From positions 1-64,000 of the forward strand of contig JBDHKN010000013.1 of the NCBI GenBank assembly GCA_039586365.1: a stretch of DNA of 64,000 nt. Reading direction: 5' to 3'. This stretch comes from Gemmatimonadota bacterium. GTDB taxonomy: Bacteria > Gemmatimonadota > Gemmatimonadetes > Gemmatimonadales > GWC2-71-9. The notes beneath the pieces were generated by a model that saw only the letters and a program-made list of their open reading frames with translations, was not told the DNA's origin and searched no databases. Positions within the stretch are counted from its first letter, which is position 1, and each line of letters starts with the position of its first letter. Both the position numbers and the translations under genes were made by a program. Shown piece by piece: positions 17,746 through 27,118 of this stretch.

Positions 17746-18861
17746 ATGAAACCACCAGCTCAGATCCTCGCGACCACGGCGGTGCTAGTCACGCTACTGG
17801 CCGCCTGTGGCGATCCGGTATCCACCGGTGACGGTGTCCACGGAGGTCCCGAGAACCCGGCGCGGGATGGCAGCTACACTGCGGCGATAGTGAGCGAGAC
17901 CGGTGTTGCGTCTCTGGAGCCCGTGATGCTGGGTGGTGTGGAGCAGTGGATCTTGATTCGAGGGCACGACGTGGACAATCCCGTGCTCATCTACCTGCAC
18001 GGCGGACCGGGGAGTCCTGCTATCCCCTACGGCCGGTTCGCGTTCAGCGGGCTGGAACGCCATTTCACAGTGGTGACCTGGGATCAGAGAGGCTGCGGCA
18101 AATCGTACAGTCCTCAGATCGACCCCCAGTCGATCACGCTCGAGCAGTTGCTGTCGGACACGCGGGAACTCATCGCGCTGATGCGACAGCGTTTCGAAGC
18201 GGACGCCGTGTACCTGATGGGCGCTTCGTGGGGATCGGTGCTCGGTGTGTTCACGGCGAGAGACTATCCGGAGTCGCTACACGCGTACGTGGGAGTGGGG
18301 CAGTTCGTCGACGCCGAGCGGACCATGCGACTGGCACACGCAGCCGCCCTGAGCAGGGCCACCGAGCTCGGTGTCCAGGAGGCGATCGATGAGCTTTCTG
18401 GCATCCAGCTGTATCCGGAGATCGACTGGACCAAGTGGGGAGACGTAGTCCCGTGGCTGGAAGCGTTCGGGTTGGGGGACATACACGACACGTCGTTGTA
18501 CGTGGCGCTGATTGATTCTCTGCTGGCAGCTACCGAGTACTCCCAGCAAGACTTCGCAAACCAAGACGAGTGGGAACAACTCTACTGGGAGTCGCCACTC
18601 AACGGTGATCCAGCGTGGGTCTACGGGCTGGACGTCCCCAGCCAAGTTCCCCTGCTGGACGTTCCCGTCTTCTTCCTGTCCGGGAGGTTCGACTACAAGA
18701 CTCCGGGCGAACTCGTCGAAGAGTACATGAACCTGCTCGAGGCTCCTGCCGGTAAGCAGATGATCTGGTTCGAGAACTCTGCACATGCGCTTTTCTTCGA
18801 GGAGCGGGAAGCATTCCGCAGTGTCATGCTCAACACCGTGCTGGATGGATCCGGCGGCTAG
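17746..18861 (+). CDS. Alpha/beta hydrolase lipoprotein (proline iminopeptidase/S33-like)
   Basis: GGGAGG RBS; lipobox LAAC; HGGPG, WDQRGCGKS, GASWG, FENSAH. Confidence 0.85.
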   Translation: MKPPAQILATTAVLVTLLAACGDPVSTGDGVHGGPENPARDGSYTAAIVSETGVASLEPVMLGGVEQWILIRGHDVDNPVLIYLHGGPGSPAIPYGRFAFSGLERHFTVVTWDQRGCGKSYSPQIDPQSITLEQLLSDTRELIALMRQRFEADAVYLMGASWGSVLGVFTARDYPESLHAYVGVGQFVDAERTMRLAHAAALSRATELGVQEAIDELSGIQLYPEIDWTKWGDVVPWLEAFGLGDIHDTSLYVALIDSLLAATEYSQQDFANQDEWEQLYWESPLNGDPAWVYGLDVPSQVPLLDVPVFFLSGRFDYKTPGELVEEYMNLLEAPAGKQMIWFENSAHALFFEEREAFRSVMLNTVLDGSGG

Positions 18862-19062
18862 CACCTTTCACTCCAACCGTTGCTACCGGTCCGGCATTGG
18901 CAGCGGGGGGTCGCGGGTCCACGGCAATCGGCCGCCAGGGTTCGCGATGTCGCTGCGGCCGGTTCCGTAGCCCGACCGGAACCTCACCTGCCGCTGGCTG
19001 GTTTCTGCTGTGCGACAAGCGCACATTTCGGGGAGAGAACCACACTTCCATAAGGAGAGCTC

Positions 19063-19503
19063 ATGTCGGATCCGAAAGTCCAGAGCTTCGCCAACCATCG
19101 ACGCATCGTGTTCCAGTACCATGTCGTGGCGTTTCTCTTGATCGTGGTCAACGTCGGCTACGCGGCCTGGATGACGGTCACGGCCTTCTCGGTCGCGAAT
19201 CTGATGTATCTGCTGCTAGTGGCCGTGGCGTTTCTCCTGTTCTGGTACGCGCGGATCTTCGCGACCGGCGTTCAGGACCGGGTCATCCGGCTAGAGGAGC
19301 AGCTGCGTTTAGATCGTCTGCTGCCCGCAGAGTTGCAGCCACGCATTGGGGACTTCACGGTGGCACAGCTAGTGGCCCTGCGCTTCGCCAGTGACGCGGA
19401 GCTGCCAGCGTTGGCCCAGGAGGTGTTGGACCAGAACATCCAGGATCGGGACGAGATCAAGCAGAAGGTGCGCGAGTGGCGCCCGGATGACTGCCGTGTG
19501 TGA
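19063..19503 (+). CDS. Small membrane protein (resembles DUF6526 family)
   Basis: AAGGAG RBS; QSFANHRR..YH, two TM helices, QDRVIRLEE, QLVALRFASD.EL, EWRPD..RV. Family name is from recall only. Confidence 0.75.
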   Translation: MSDPKVQSFANHRRIVFQYHVVAFLLIVVNVGYAAWMTVTAFSVANLMYLLLVAVAFLLFWYARIFATGVQDRVIRLEEQLRLDRLLPAELQPRIGDFTVAQLVALRFASDAELPALAQEVLDQNIQDRDEIKQKVREWRPDDCRV

Positions 19504-19877
19504 GTGATCTCCGCATCTGGGTGGACGGCTCGGGACGGAGGGACGCAAAGGCGGGCGCGGTCGTCAGCATGTTGATCCAGGACCAGCTCGACACCAGTTA
19601 ACCCCGGCGACAGTCGCCGGTAGGGCGAAGCAGAAGTGACGCCAGTCGGCTTGACGTGCGTATCCACGAACGTCATTATCTATCTATAATAGTTATTATG
19701 TCAGGTGGTTTCGAGCAGCTATCTCAGCCACCTGGCATGCATCTGCAATCCGTTGATCGATAGCAGAGCCGTGCTCTTTGTCCTCAGAGCGGTGAATGGT
19801 GACCGGATACCGCACCGGGTTCGTACCAGCGTCATCACCGATCTGCGACCCCACTGAGCGGAGGGAAGGACCCAGGA

Positions 19878-21713
19878 ATGCACCGTGCGATGCGCATTTT
19901 CCATCTGATCCGCGTCTTTTCACTGGTCGTCCTCCCTACCACCCTGATTCTGGGGACACCCATTACCGCTGCAGCCCAGGCCGACCCGACAAACCAGATC
20001 CTCGCAGCCGCCCGAGCCGGAGACATGGATCGGGTGGAATCCCTCCTGGAAGCTACTCCGGCACTCCTCCACGTGAGAGACGGAGACGGGATGACCCCCC
20101 TGCACCATGCCGTCCGGGGCGGCCATACGGAGGTAGCTGAGTTCCTGCTAGACCGAGGTGCTGACATTTTGGTGGTGGACGCGCAGAACCGGACCCCCCT
20201 GCACCATGCCGCCGACGAAGGGGATGCGGCCACGGTGGCTCTCCTGCTGGCCCGAGGAGCGGACGTAATGGCCAGGGAGTTTAGGGGGCGGACTCCGCTC
20301 TACTTGGCCACCAACTGGGGACACGACCTGGAGGTGGTGGAACAACTCATCGCGGCTGGAGCCGATGTGAACGATCGGACCGAGAGGGGGGAAGAGATCC
20401 TCTTTTCCACTCTCTACTACGGAAGGCCGGAGATCATCGACGCCCTTCTAGCGGCAGGGGCCAGGCTGCCGGAAGACGATCATTCTGTGGGGCGCGCAGT
20501 GTACCTGGCTGCCGGCAACGGGTTCGACGGGGTATTTCGGATGGCCACGGATGAGGCGGAAGCCCGAGGGATCCCCTGGTGGGAAGACGTGCCCATGCAC
20601 GCCGCTGCCAGAGGCGGATCCATCGTCATCGGGGAAGCCCTGATGGGGAAAGGTGTGGCCGTGCAGGAGAAGAACATGTACGGCATCACCCCGCTTCACA
20701 TCGCTGCCGAGCACGGGCGCCTGCGTTTCGTGGAATTCCTCGTCCGGAGCGGCGCCGACATGGAGCAACCCAGCGTCATGGGAATGACGGCGCTGCACTT
20801 CGCCCGGGAGAACCAGCACGACAGAGTGGCGGCCCGCCTGTTGGAAATGGGCGCTTCAGATGAGCCGCCGAACTTTCCAGAGCTTCGAGGGCCTTGGCTG
20901 GGGCAGCCGGAGCCCGGGGATTCCCCGGAGCGCTTCGCCTTGGGCATCGTCTCGGGTCATGGATTCAACTCCGAGCACTCCCCGGCTGCATTCTCCCCCG
21001 ACGGGTCAGAGGTGTATTGGACCCAGGCCTTCCGGGGCCCCATCTCCGTCTCCAGGTTGCAAGACGGCCGGTGGACGGCGCCGGAGACAGCCCCCTTCGT
21101 GTCGGCATATGGAGATGGAGAGCCCATCTTCTCGCCGGATGGCCGACGCCTGTACTTCCTTTCCCAGCGTCCACTGGAACCGGGTGCGGAGCCAGGAAAG
21201 GAGAACATCTGGTATGTGGAGCGGGAGGGTGATGGCTGGTCCGAGCCCTGGCCGCTAGACGCGGTTGTGAACGAATTCAACCACCACTGGCTCTTCTCCA
21301 TCTCTGAGGCCGGAACCCTCTATTTCTCGTCTGTCCGCGAGGGAGGGCAGGGCCGTCGGGACCTCTACCGATCCCGGAGGGTGAACGGTGTCCATCAGCC
21401 GCCTGAAAACTTGGGGGTTGTCATCAACACCGATGGTGACGAGCACACCCCCTTCATCGCCCCGGACGAGAGCTATCTTATCTTCGCCTCCACAGGCCAT
21501 GGCACACATGAGGGGATGTTCCACTTCGCAATCAGCTACCGGGGACCCGGCGGCAGTTGGTCACCCCCCAGGGCCCTGGATCACATCACCACCCCCGTCG
21601 ATGACCCCCTCTGCCCCATCATCACCGCCGATGGTGAGTTCATGTTCTTCATCGGGAGCGGCGACATCTGGTGGACCCGCGCGGGCTTCGTCCAGGAGAT
21701 GCGGGGGTGGTAG
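19878..21713 (+). CDS. Secreted ankyrin-repeat protein with C-terminal PD40/TolB-like beta-propeller
   Basis: Signal peptide; repeated TPLH.A..G..GAD ankyrin units; PAAFSPDG, PIFSPDG..LYFLSQR, PFIAPDESYLIF, PIITADGEFMFF. Confidence 0.88.
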   Translation: MHRAMRIFHLIRVFSLVVLPTTLILGTPITAAAQADPTNQILAAARAGDMDRVESLLEATPALLHVRDGDGMTPLHHAVRGGHTEVAEFLLDRGADILVVDAQNRTPLHHAADEGDAATVALLLARGADVMAREFRGRTPLYLATNWGHDLEVVEQLIAAGADVNDRTERGEEILFSTLYYGRPEIIDALLAAGARLPEDDHSVGRAVYLAAGNGFDGVFRMATDEAEARGIPWWEDVPMHAAARGGSIVIGEALMGKGVAVQEKNMYGITPLHIAAEHGRLRFVEFLVRSGADMEQPSVMGMTALHFARENQHDRVAARLLEMGASDEPPNFPELRGPWLGQPEPGDSPERFALGIVSGHGFNSEHSPAAFSPDGSEVYWTQAFRGPISVSRLQDGRWTAPETAPFVSAYGDGEPIFSPDGRRLYFLSQRPLEPGAEPGKENIWYVEREGDGWSEPWPLDAVVNEFNHHWLFSISEAGTLYFSSVREGGQGRRDLYRSRRVNGVHQPPENLGVVINTDGDEHTPFIAPDESYLIFASTGHGTHEGMFHFAISYRGPGGSWSPPRALDHITTPVDDPLCPIITADGEFMFFIGSGDIWWTRAGFVQEMRGW

Positions 21714-21758
21714 GAGGGTAGGGCAGCGGACCTTTGCCCTGGACTCCGAACTCGGAGG

Positions 21759-24485
21759 TCATTCTGCCCGCAACGCCACCATCGGATCGACTCTGGCCGC
21801 CCGCACTGCGGGGACCAGAGTGGCCGCGGCAGCGGACAGCACAAGCAGCGAGACACCACCAACCAAGGAGACCGGATCGACCGGACGGACTCCGACCAGA
21901 AATGTCTTGAGTAGCTGCGCGAGCAGCACCACGAGCGGGAGCGCAACCACCGCACCCACAGCAGCAAGCGCGAGGCCCTCGCGCACGATCATCCCGACGA
22001 CCGACTCCTGACTGGCACCAACAGCGACACGGATGCCGACTTCGCGCGTCCGCTGGCTCACTGCGTAGGCCATCACTCCGTACACGCCCATCATCGCGAG
22101 ACCGAGTGCGATCAGGCCCGCTGCCGTGAGTACGACCGATGCCACGCGATATGGCAGCACCGCACGGTCGGTGAGACTACTCATCGGTCTGCTCTCGGCT
22201 ATGGGTAGGTCCCTATCGAGGGCGTGCACTTCTTCGCGGATGGTGGGCAACAGTGTTCTGGGATCGCCTGACGTCCGGACGTGAACGCGGTACTCGACCG
22301 ATTGGCTCTGTGCCACCGGCACCCAGATGTGGGGCGTTCGCTCCTCCGATATGGTGACGTACTTCGCGTCTCGCACCACTCCTACTATCTGGTAATCGTC
22401 CCTGGCGACGACCTTCTTTCCGACCGCGTCCTCGGCGGGCCAGAATCTATCGGCGAAGGCCTGGTTCACGATTGCCACTCGCTGCTCGCTCGCTCGATCG
22501 GTCTCGTCGAAGTCCCGACCCCTGAGCAAGGGCACGTCGATCAGATCGAAGTAGCCGGGTGACACTGTGTTGAAGTTGACTGTGAGGTATTCGCGCGGCC
22601 CAAGTTCGTATCCTTCCGGCTCCAAGCCCCCCCACAGCGAGCTACCGCCCTCGAGGGGCACCCTGGCGCCCAGCGCAGCACCATCCACCCTGGGCAGATC
22701 ATGCAGCCGCTCCAGCAGGTCGCCGTAGAACCGTGCCGCCTCCTCAGGACTGTAGTCGCGGTGACTCAAGTCGAGTCCCACTAGTGCGACGTTATCGGGG
22801 TTGAAGCCGATGTCCACGCTGCGCGCCTGTTGCAGGGTGCGGAGCAGTAGCGCGGAGCTGAACACGAGGATCAGTGACGCGGCAACCTGCACGACAACGA
22901 GGATGTTGCGCGTGCTGAAGCGGCGGAGTCGGCCGCCCGACTCGAGCCCCTTCAGTGCCGGTACCAGGCTGGGGTTCGATGCCTGTAACGCCGGCACCAA
23001 ACTGAAGACCACTCCAGTGGCCAGAGCGAGCCCGAAGGCGAATGACGCCACACGCCAGTCTACGCTCAGATCAATGGCTGCCGGCAGCGGTACGATCAGC
23101 GCCCCGTTCGCCAATGCGGCCGTCAGCCAGTGTATGGCGACCAGGCCGACGCCTCCAGCCAGGACCGCGAGCAGGACACCTTCGATGAGCAGCTGTCCCA
23201 CGAGCCGTCTCCTGCCCGCACCGAGCGACAGGCGAACGGCGATCTCCGTGCGTCTACGCCAGGCGCGAGTGAGCAGCAAGTTGGCAACGTTGGAGCACGC
23301 GATGAGCAGAATCAGACTCACCACCGCCGTCAGCATCAACAGCGCCGCCACGTTTTCGGTCCGCTGGTCCGGCGGTAGCCTGCCGGCCCTTTCGGTGAGC
23401 ACCGCCAAGCCACGGCCCTCGCCGGTGCGATCGGTCCAATTGTCGGGGTGCTCCTGGACCAGCCGTTCGGCTATCAGGTTCAGCTCACTCCCTACTTGCG
23501 CGAGCGTCACACCGTCACGCACTCGTCCCACGGTCTTGAGCCCGATTCGACCTCGCTCGTCCCGGATGTGCTGCGGGATCAGAGTCCAGAGCTCCGGCTG
23601 AGTCGGGTCCTCGTGCGCGCGTAATCCTTGGGGCGCTACTCCGACAATGGTGTGCACTCGACCGTTGAGGCGGATCGAGGAGCCCAGCACGTCGGGATCC
23701 AACTCGAACTCGCGATCCCACATGCCGTATCCCAGCACGGCTACGAGCGTTCCGGGGTCGGAGTCTTCCGGGATGAATCCTCGGCCCACGGCCATGGGTA
23801 TCCCGAGCATGCTGAACCAGTTGTGGGATACCTGCTCGCCGTGAACCTGCCGGGAACCGTATCCCCCACGGGTGAGAGTGATCCTGGCGGTCCTGTAGGC
23901 GGCGGCGTCTTCCAGCGTGCCCGCCTGCTCTGCGATGTCCATTACGTCCGCGTAGGCCAGCGGACCGTAGGGGTGATCGCGATAGCTGCCGAAGATCCTG
24001 ACCAGCTTGTCCGGCTGGTGAAGGTAGGGATCCTGTCGCAGCAGGCCGGCGTTGATGACGCTGAATACCGCAGTGGCGGCGGCAATCGACAGCGCGAGCG
24101 ACGATACCGATACTGCCACGAACAGGGGCGATCTCGTGAGGCTCCGAACCGCGTGGCGCAGGTCACGCGTGAGGTTGTCGAGAGCGCTCAGAGACCGGTT
24201 GTGCTTGCGCCCCTTTCGGCCAGGTGGCGGGGGCGTGCTTTGCGAGTCGCCTATTCCCCTTCCGGCACCGGAAGCCCGGAGCTCGGAGAACGCGGTGCCG
24301 GCGAGCGCCCCGATCTCACGGACCCACAAGCGAGCACGCTGCCACCGCGGAGCGCTGCGGCTGTCGGAGTAGAGGTCTCCGAAGGTGGCACTGGCGTCCA
24401 ACACGTACTCCTCGCCGAGTGCCGGCCGCAGCAGGCGGAGCAGCCACCGATGCAGCTTGACCGCAAACCGGTCACGGCCTTTCAC
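21759..24485 (-). CDS. ADOP-type duplicated MacB/FtsX ABC permease
   Basis: DLRHAVRSL.RSP, IACSNVANLL, EIAVRLSLGA, QRTREVGIRVAVGA, VDPMVALRAE. Confidence 0.92.
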   Translation of the reverse strand: MKGRDRFAVKLHRWLLRLLRPALGEEYVLDASATFGDLYSDSRSAPRWQRARLWVREIGALAGTAFSELRASGAGRGIGDSQSTPPPPGRKGRKHNRSLSALDNLTRDLRHAVRSLTRSPLFVAVSVSSLALSIAAATAVFSVINAGLLRQDPYLHQPDKLVRIFGSYRDHPYGPLAYADVMDIAEQAGTLEDAAAYRTARITLTRGGYGSRQVHGEQVSHNWFSMLGIPMAVGRGFIPEDSDPGTLVAVLGYGMWDREFELDPDVLGSSIRLNGRVHTIVGVAPQGLRAHEDPTQPELWTLIPQHIRDERGRIGLKTVGRVRDGVTLAQVGSELNLIAERLVQEHPDNWTDRTGEGRGLAVLTERAGRLPPDQRTENVAALLMLTAVVSLILLIACSNVANLLLTRAWRRRTEIAVRLSLGAGRRRLVGQLLIEGVLLAVLAGGVGLVAIHWLTAALANGALIVPLPAAIDLSVDWRVASFAFGLALATGVVFSLVPALQASNPSLVPALKGLESGGRLRRFSTRNILVVVQVAASLILVFSSALLLRTLQQARSVDIGFNPDNVALVGLDLSHRDYSPEEAARFYGDLLERLHDLPRVDGAALGARVPLEGGSSLWGGLEPEGYELGPREYLTVNFNTVSPGYFDLIDVPLLRGRDFDETDRASEQRVAIVNQAFADRFWPAEDAVGKKVVARDDYQIVGVVRDAKYVTISEERTPHIWVPVAQSQSVEYRVHVRTSGDPRTLLPTIREEVHALDRDLPIAESRPMSSLTDRAVLPYRVASVVLTAAGLIALGLAMMGVYGVMAYAVSQRTREVGIRVAVGASQESVVGMIVREGLALAAVGAVVALPLVVLLAQLLKTFLVGVRPVDPVSLVGGVSLLVLSAAAATLVPAVRAARVDPMVALRAE

Positions 24486-24841
24486 GATGTCTTTTCCAGC
24501 AGGCGCGTCCGGGTCACGATCCTATTCAGCTGCCTGATTCGGAGCGCCTCCTCCCGGGCAACCGCGCGACCCAACTCCGTGGCTCGGTAGTAGCGGCGTC
24601 TCGGATCGTCGGAATCAGCGTCGGCGGGACGAGGGGCTTCCTCGAGCAAGCCGGTCCCTACCATGCGCTTGATTGCTGCGTACAGAGTGCTCGTACCCAG
24701 CATCAGGTCCCCGTTGGTCCGCTGGCCGATCTCCCTGATGATGCTGTATCCGTGCCGCGCTCCGTCGATCACCGACAGCAGGATATGGAACACGTGCGTC
24801 TGGAGAGGTAGATACTCGTTGGGATCAGCATGCTTGGGCAC
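24482..24841 (-). CDS. PadR family transcriptional regulator
   Basis: FHILLS, HGYSII, GTSTLYAAIKRM, DPRRRYYRAT; GTG start at 24841 with GGGAG upstream; 4-bp overlap with the permease start. Confidence 0.9.
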   Translation of the reverse strand: MPKHADPNEYLPLQTHVFHILLSVIDGARHGYSIIREIGQRTNGDLMLGTSTLYAAIKRMVGTGLLEEAPRPADADSDDPRRRYYRATELGRAVAREEALRIRQLNRIVTRTRLLEKTS

Positions 24842-24863
24842 CAGAAACTCCCTTTTGAGACTA

Positions 24864-24888
24864 TATAGCATACAATGCTATAGCATAC
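24864..24888. promoter_or_regulatory. Candidate PadR operator: overlapping inverted and direct repeats
   Basis: TATAGCAT-ACA-ATGCTATA (24864-24882), palindrome ATGCTATAGCAT (24875-24886), TATAGCATAC twice (24864, 24879), about 22 bp upstream of padR. Confidence 0.6.
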
Positions 24889-24941
24889 GGTGGAATAGTG
24901 GTAGGGGTTTCACGTGCTCGGCCTACCGCTCGCCTCTACCG

Positions 24942-26147
24942 CTACCTCTCTGGCCTCGTTTCCTGCCCCCACAGCTTGGGATCGTTGCCCCTGCTCTTGC
25001 GCCACTCGTCGCGCCAGCGGTGCATGTCGACGACGCTGATGAACGGTCTCGGCGCACGAGCTTCGCGATCGGGTAGCGTCGGGTACGGCTTGTGTGGGCC
25101 CGTCTGGTACCAGTAGGCCACCGTGGCCATGTCGAGTGTCAGGTTGTTGTTGTGACCGTGCTCGATGGTGAACCTCAGAGACGCGTCGAAGTAGATCGGG
25201 TCGGTCACGTGAAAGCGGTATACGTGCGTGCGGCCCAGCCAGCCGACATCCCCGTTGACCCGTCCATAGCCGTAGAACGGGTGGCTGAACAGCGTGTTGG
25301 GCGACCAGGAGGTATTGAAGTAGTCCTCGGTGCCGGTGCCGTGCAACGATGGCGGCCAGGGCTCGCCGTCGATGAAGATCATGTCGTCACCTTCGCCGTA
25401 CCACATCGGGCTAGGTGAATGGACGTAGTAGTTAACGCCTACGAAGTGACCGCTCCCTGCGATGTCGGCGATCAGATAGTTGCCCGCTCCCGTTGTGTTG
25501 TTGCCCTGCGGGCCGAGCAGGGACCACTCGTTCTCGCCTTCGGGTAGCGCTTCAGTCAGCTCGTGGTTGTACCACGCATGGAAGCGTCCCATGTCGTCAG
25601 GCAACTCGTCGAGTTCCACGTAATCGACATAGTAGTAGAAAGCGTCGATGTCGCGCCCCGTGTCGTTCTCGATCTCGATGCGCGCGCCGTCGGCGAACGG
25701 CATTACGAAGTAGCTGACCAGCCCCCGCCCATCGCGGGGCCCGGCGGCGAGCGGCAGCGACGCGAAGTCGTAGCTTTCATCCCACCCCTGGCCGAAGAAC
25801 GGCCCAATCGGAGATTCCACCGCGGGTGCCTCCTGCCCGTCCCAATACATGCGCAGAATGATGTCGTTGCGGCTCACGGCCGGAGGTGGCGGGGCGATCG
25901 TGATCCACATGTGGTTGATGATCCCGGCGCCTGTTACCTCGAACAACGCGCGCCGCTCTCCGTCCGGAATGTGCTCGAAGCGGTCATTGTTGCCACCGCT
26001 CCGATCGAAGCTGCTGATGCGCTTACTGTGCACGTCGTGCTTGACACGTGCCAGGTCGAACAACGTTCCGTCGACCCCCTGTGCATCGAGAGTGGCCGGG
26101 GCGAGCAGCCACAGCGTCACTAGGCCGATCGCGCAGTGTTTTCTCAT
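24942..26147 (-). CDS. Glycoside hydrolase family 172 (DUF2961), secreted
   Basis: Signal peptide; SSFDRSGGNND, GAGIINHMW, LRMYWDG, WYGEGDDMIFIDG, GTGTEDYFN, IEHGHNN, VAYWYQ. Confidence 0.92.
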   Translation of the reverse strand: MRKHCAIGLVTLWLLAPATLDAQGVDGTLFDLARVKHDVHSKRISSFDRSGGNNDRFEHIPDGERRALFEVTGAGIINHMWITIAPPPPAVSRNDIILRMYWDGQEAPAVESPIGPFFGQGWDESYDFASLPLAAGPRDGRGLVSYFVMPFADGARIEIENDTGRDIDAFYYYVDYVELDELPDDMGRFHAWYNHELTEALPEGENEWSLLGPQGNNTTGAGNYLIADIAGSGHFVGVNYYVHSPSPMWYGEGDDMIFIDGEPWPPSLHGTGTEDYFNTSWSPNTLFSHPFYGYGRVNGDVGWLGRTHVYRFHVTDPIYFDASLRFTIEHGHNNNLTLDMATVAYWYQTGPHKPYPTLPDREARAPRPFISVVDMHRWRDEWRKSRGNDPKLWGQETRPER

Positions 26148-26238
26148 GGTCGTGCTCCTGTTCTGGTATGCAATCGAGTCTCAGTACTCTCACGCGCCGG
26201 TGCGTCCGTCGATAGCTCCAGTTGCCGAATGTCCCTGC

Positions 26239-26340
26239 GCCCTGACAGGCAATTCATCCTGCCATATACTTGTGCTCTGATGACCTCCGCGCCACTGCTG
26301 AGCCACAGCCGGACCGGGATCGATGCCGCCTAGCCCGCTC
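26239..26340 (+). repeat. Degenerate ~100-bp direct repeat, copy 1 (TATACT box plus remnant ABC-ATPase start)
   Basis: Hand alignment with 27016-27118 gives 66/88 identical, ungapped, over the core; TATACT at 26265. Confidence 0.85.
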
Positions 26341-26354
26341 GGATCGGTTGTGAT

Positions 26355-27008
26355 ATGAAAGAAGCGATCACGGAAGTCCTGCGGGGGCGCTTCCTCCGGT
26401 TCACGAGGGCAGCGTTTGCATCCCTCCCGAAGATGGAGCGGCCGCGGGTGCTCGAGCTGGGTTGCGGCTCCGGCGCCGTCACCATCGAGCTCGCAGGCTT
26501 GACCGACGGAGAGATCATCGCGATCGACATCGACGAGTCACTCCTGAACCGGTTGAACGAGAAGTTGGCGCGCACAAATATCACCGGGAGGGTCACGGCC
26601 AGGCGGATGGACCTGCTGCAGAACGACTTCCCGGAGGGGTATTTCGATATCGTCTGGGAGGAGGGCGTGGTGCACGTCATCGGCTTCAGAGAGAGCTTCG
26701 AGGCATGCCACCGCATCCTCAGGATCGGGGGGTACTTCGTGCTCGGGCAGGCCATCAAGGCGATGGACAAGCACCAAGAGCTGATAACTCGGTGCGGGTT
26801 CAAGCTGGTGCGGCGGCTTGACTGGACCGAGGGCTGTTGGTGGACTGAGTATTACCAGCCGCTGGAAACGCTGATCGAGGAAGCCCGGGCCGGTAAGAAC
26901 GGCCTCCACTTCCTGAAAGACATTGACGTCATCGAGGCCGAGATCCGGATGGTTAAGGCACATCCGAGGGAGAGTGATTGCGCGCACTACGTGTTGCGAA
27001 AAGGATAG
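26355..27008 (+). CDS. Class I SAM-dependent methyltransferase
   Basis: VLELGCGSG motif I, AIDID, FDIVWEEG, ILRIGGYFV. Confidence 0.88.
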   Translation: MKEAITEVLRGRFLRFTRAAFASLPKMERPRVLELGCGSGAVTIELAGLTDGEIIAIDIDESLLNRLNEKLARTNITGRVTARRMDLLQNDFPEGYFDIVWEEGVVHVIGFRESFEACHRILRIGGYFVLGQAIKAMDKHQELITRCGFKLVRRLDWTEGCWWTEYYQPLETLIEEARAGKNGLHFLKDIDVIEAEIRMVKAHPRESDCAHYVLRKG

Positions 27009-27015
27009 CAGGGCC

Positions 27016-27118
27016 GCCCTAACAAACCACTTCATTCCGCCGTATACTTGTGCGCTTATGACTCCCGCCCCACTGCCGAGCTGCAACTGGGCTGCAACGG
27101 ATGAAGCCTAGTCCGCTC
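27016..27118 (+). repeat. Degenerate ~100-bp direct repeat, copy 2 (promoter and first codons of ABC ATPase)
   Basis: TATACT at 27043; includes ATG AAG CCT AGT CCG CTC at 27101. Confidence 0.85.

Noticed and set aside
19504..19877. Hidden gene or ncRNA in the intergenic gap
   Set aside because: Only an AT-rich promoter-like patch (TATAAT near 19685); no supportable ORF or fold.
26355..27008. DNA methyltransferase / restriction-modification system
   Set aside because: No DPPY/NPPY or PC motif and no nuclease partner; looks like a small-molecule methyltransferase.
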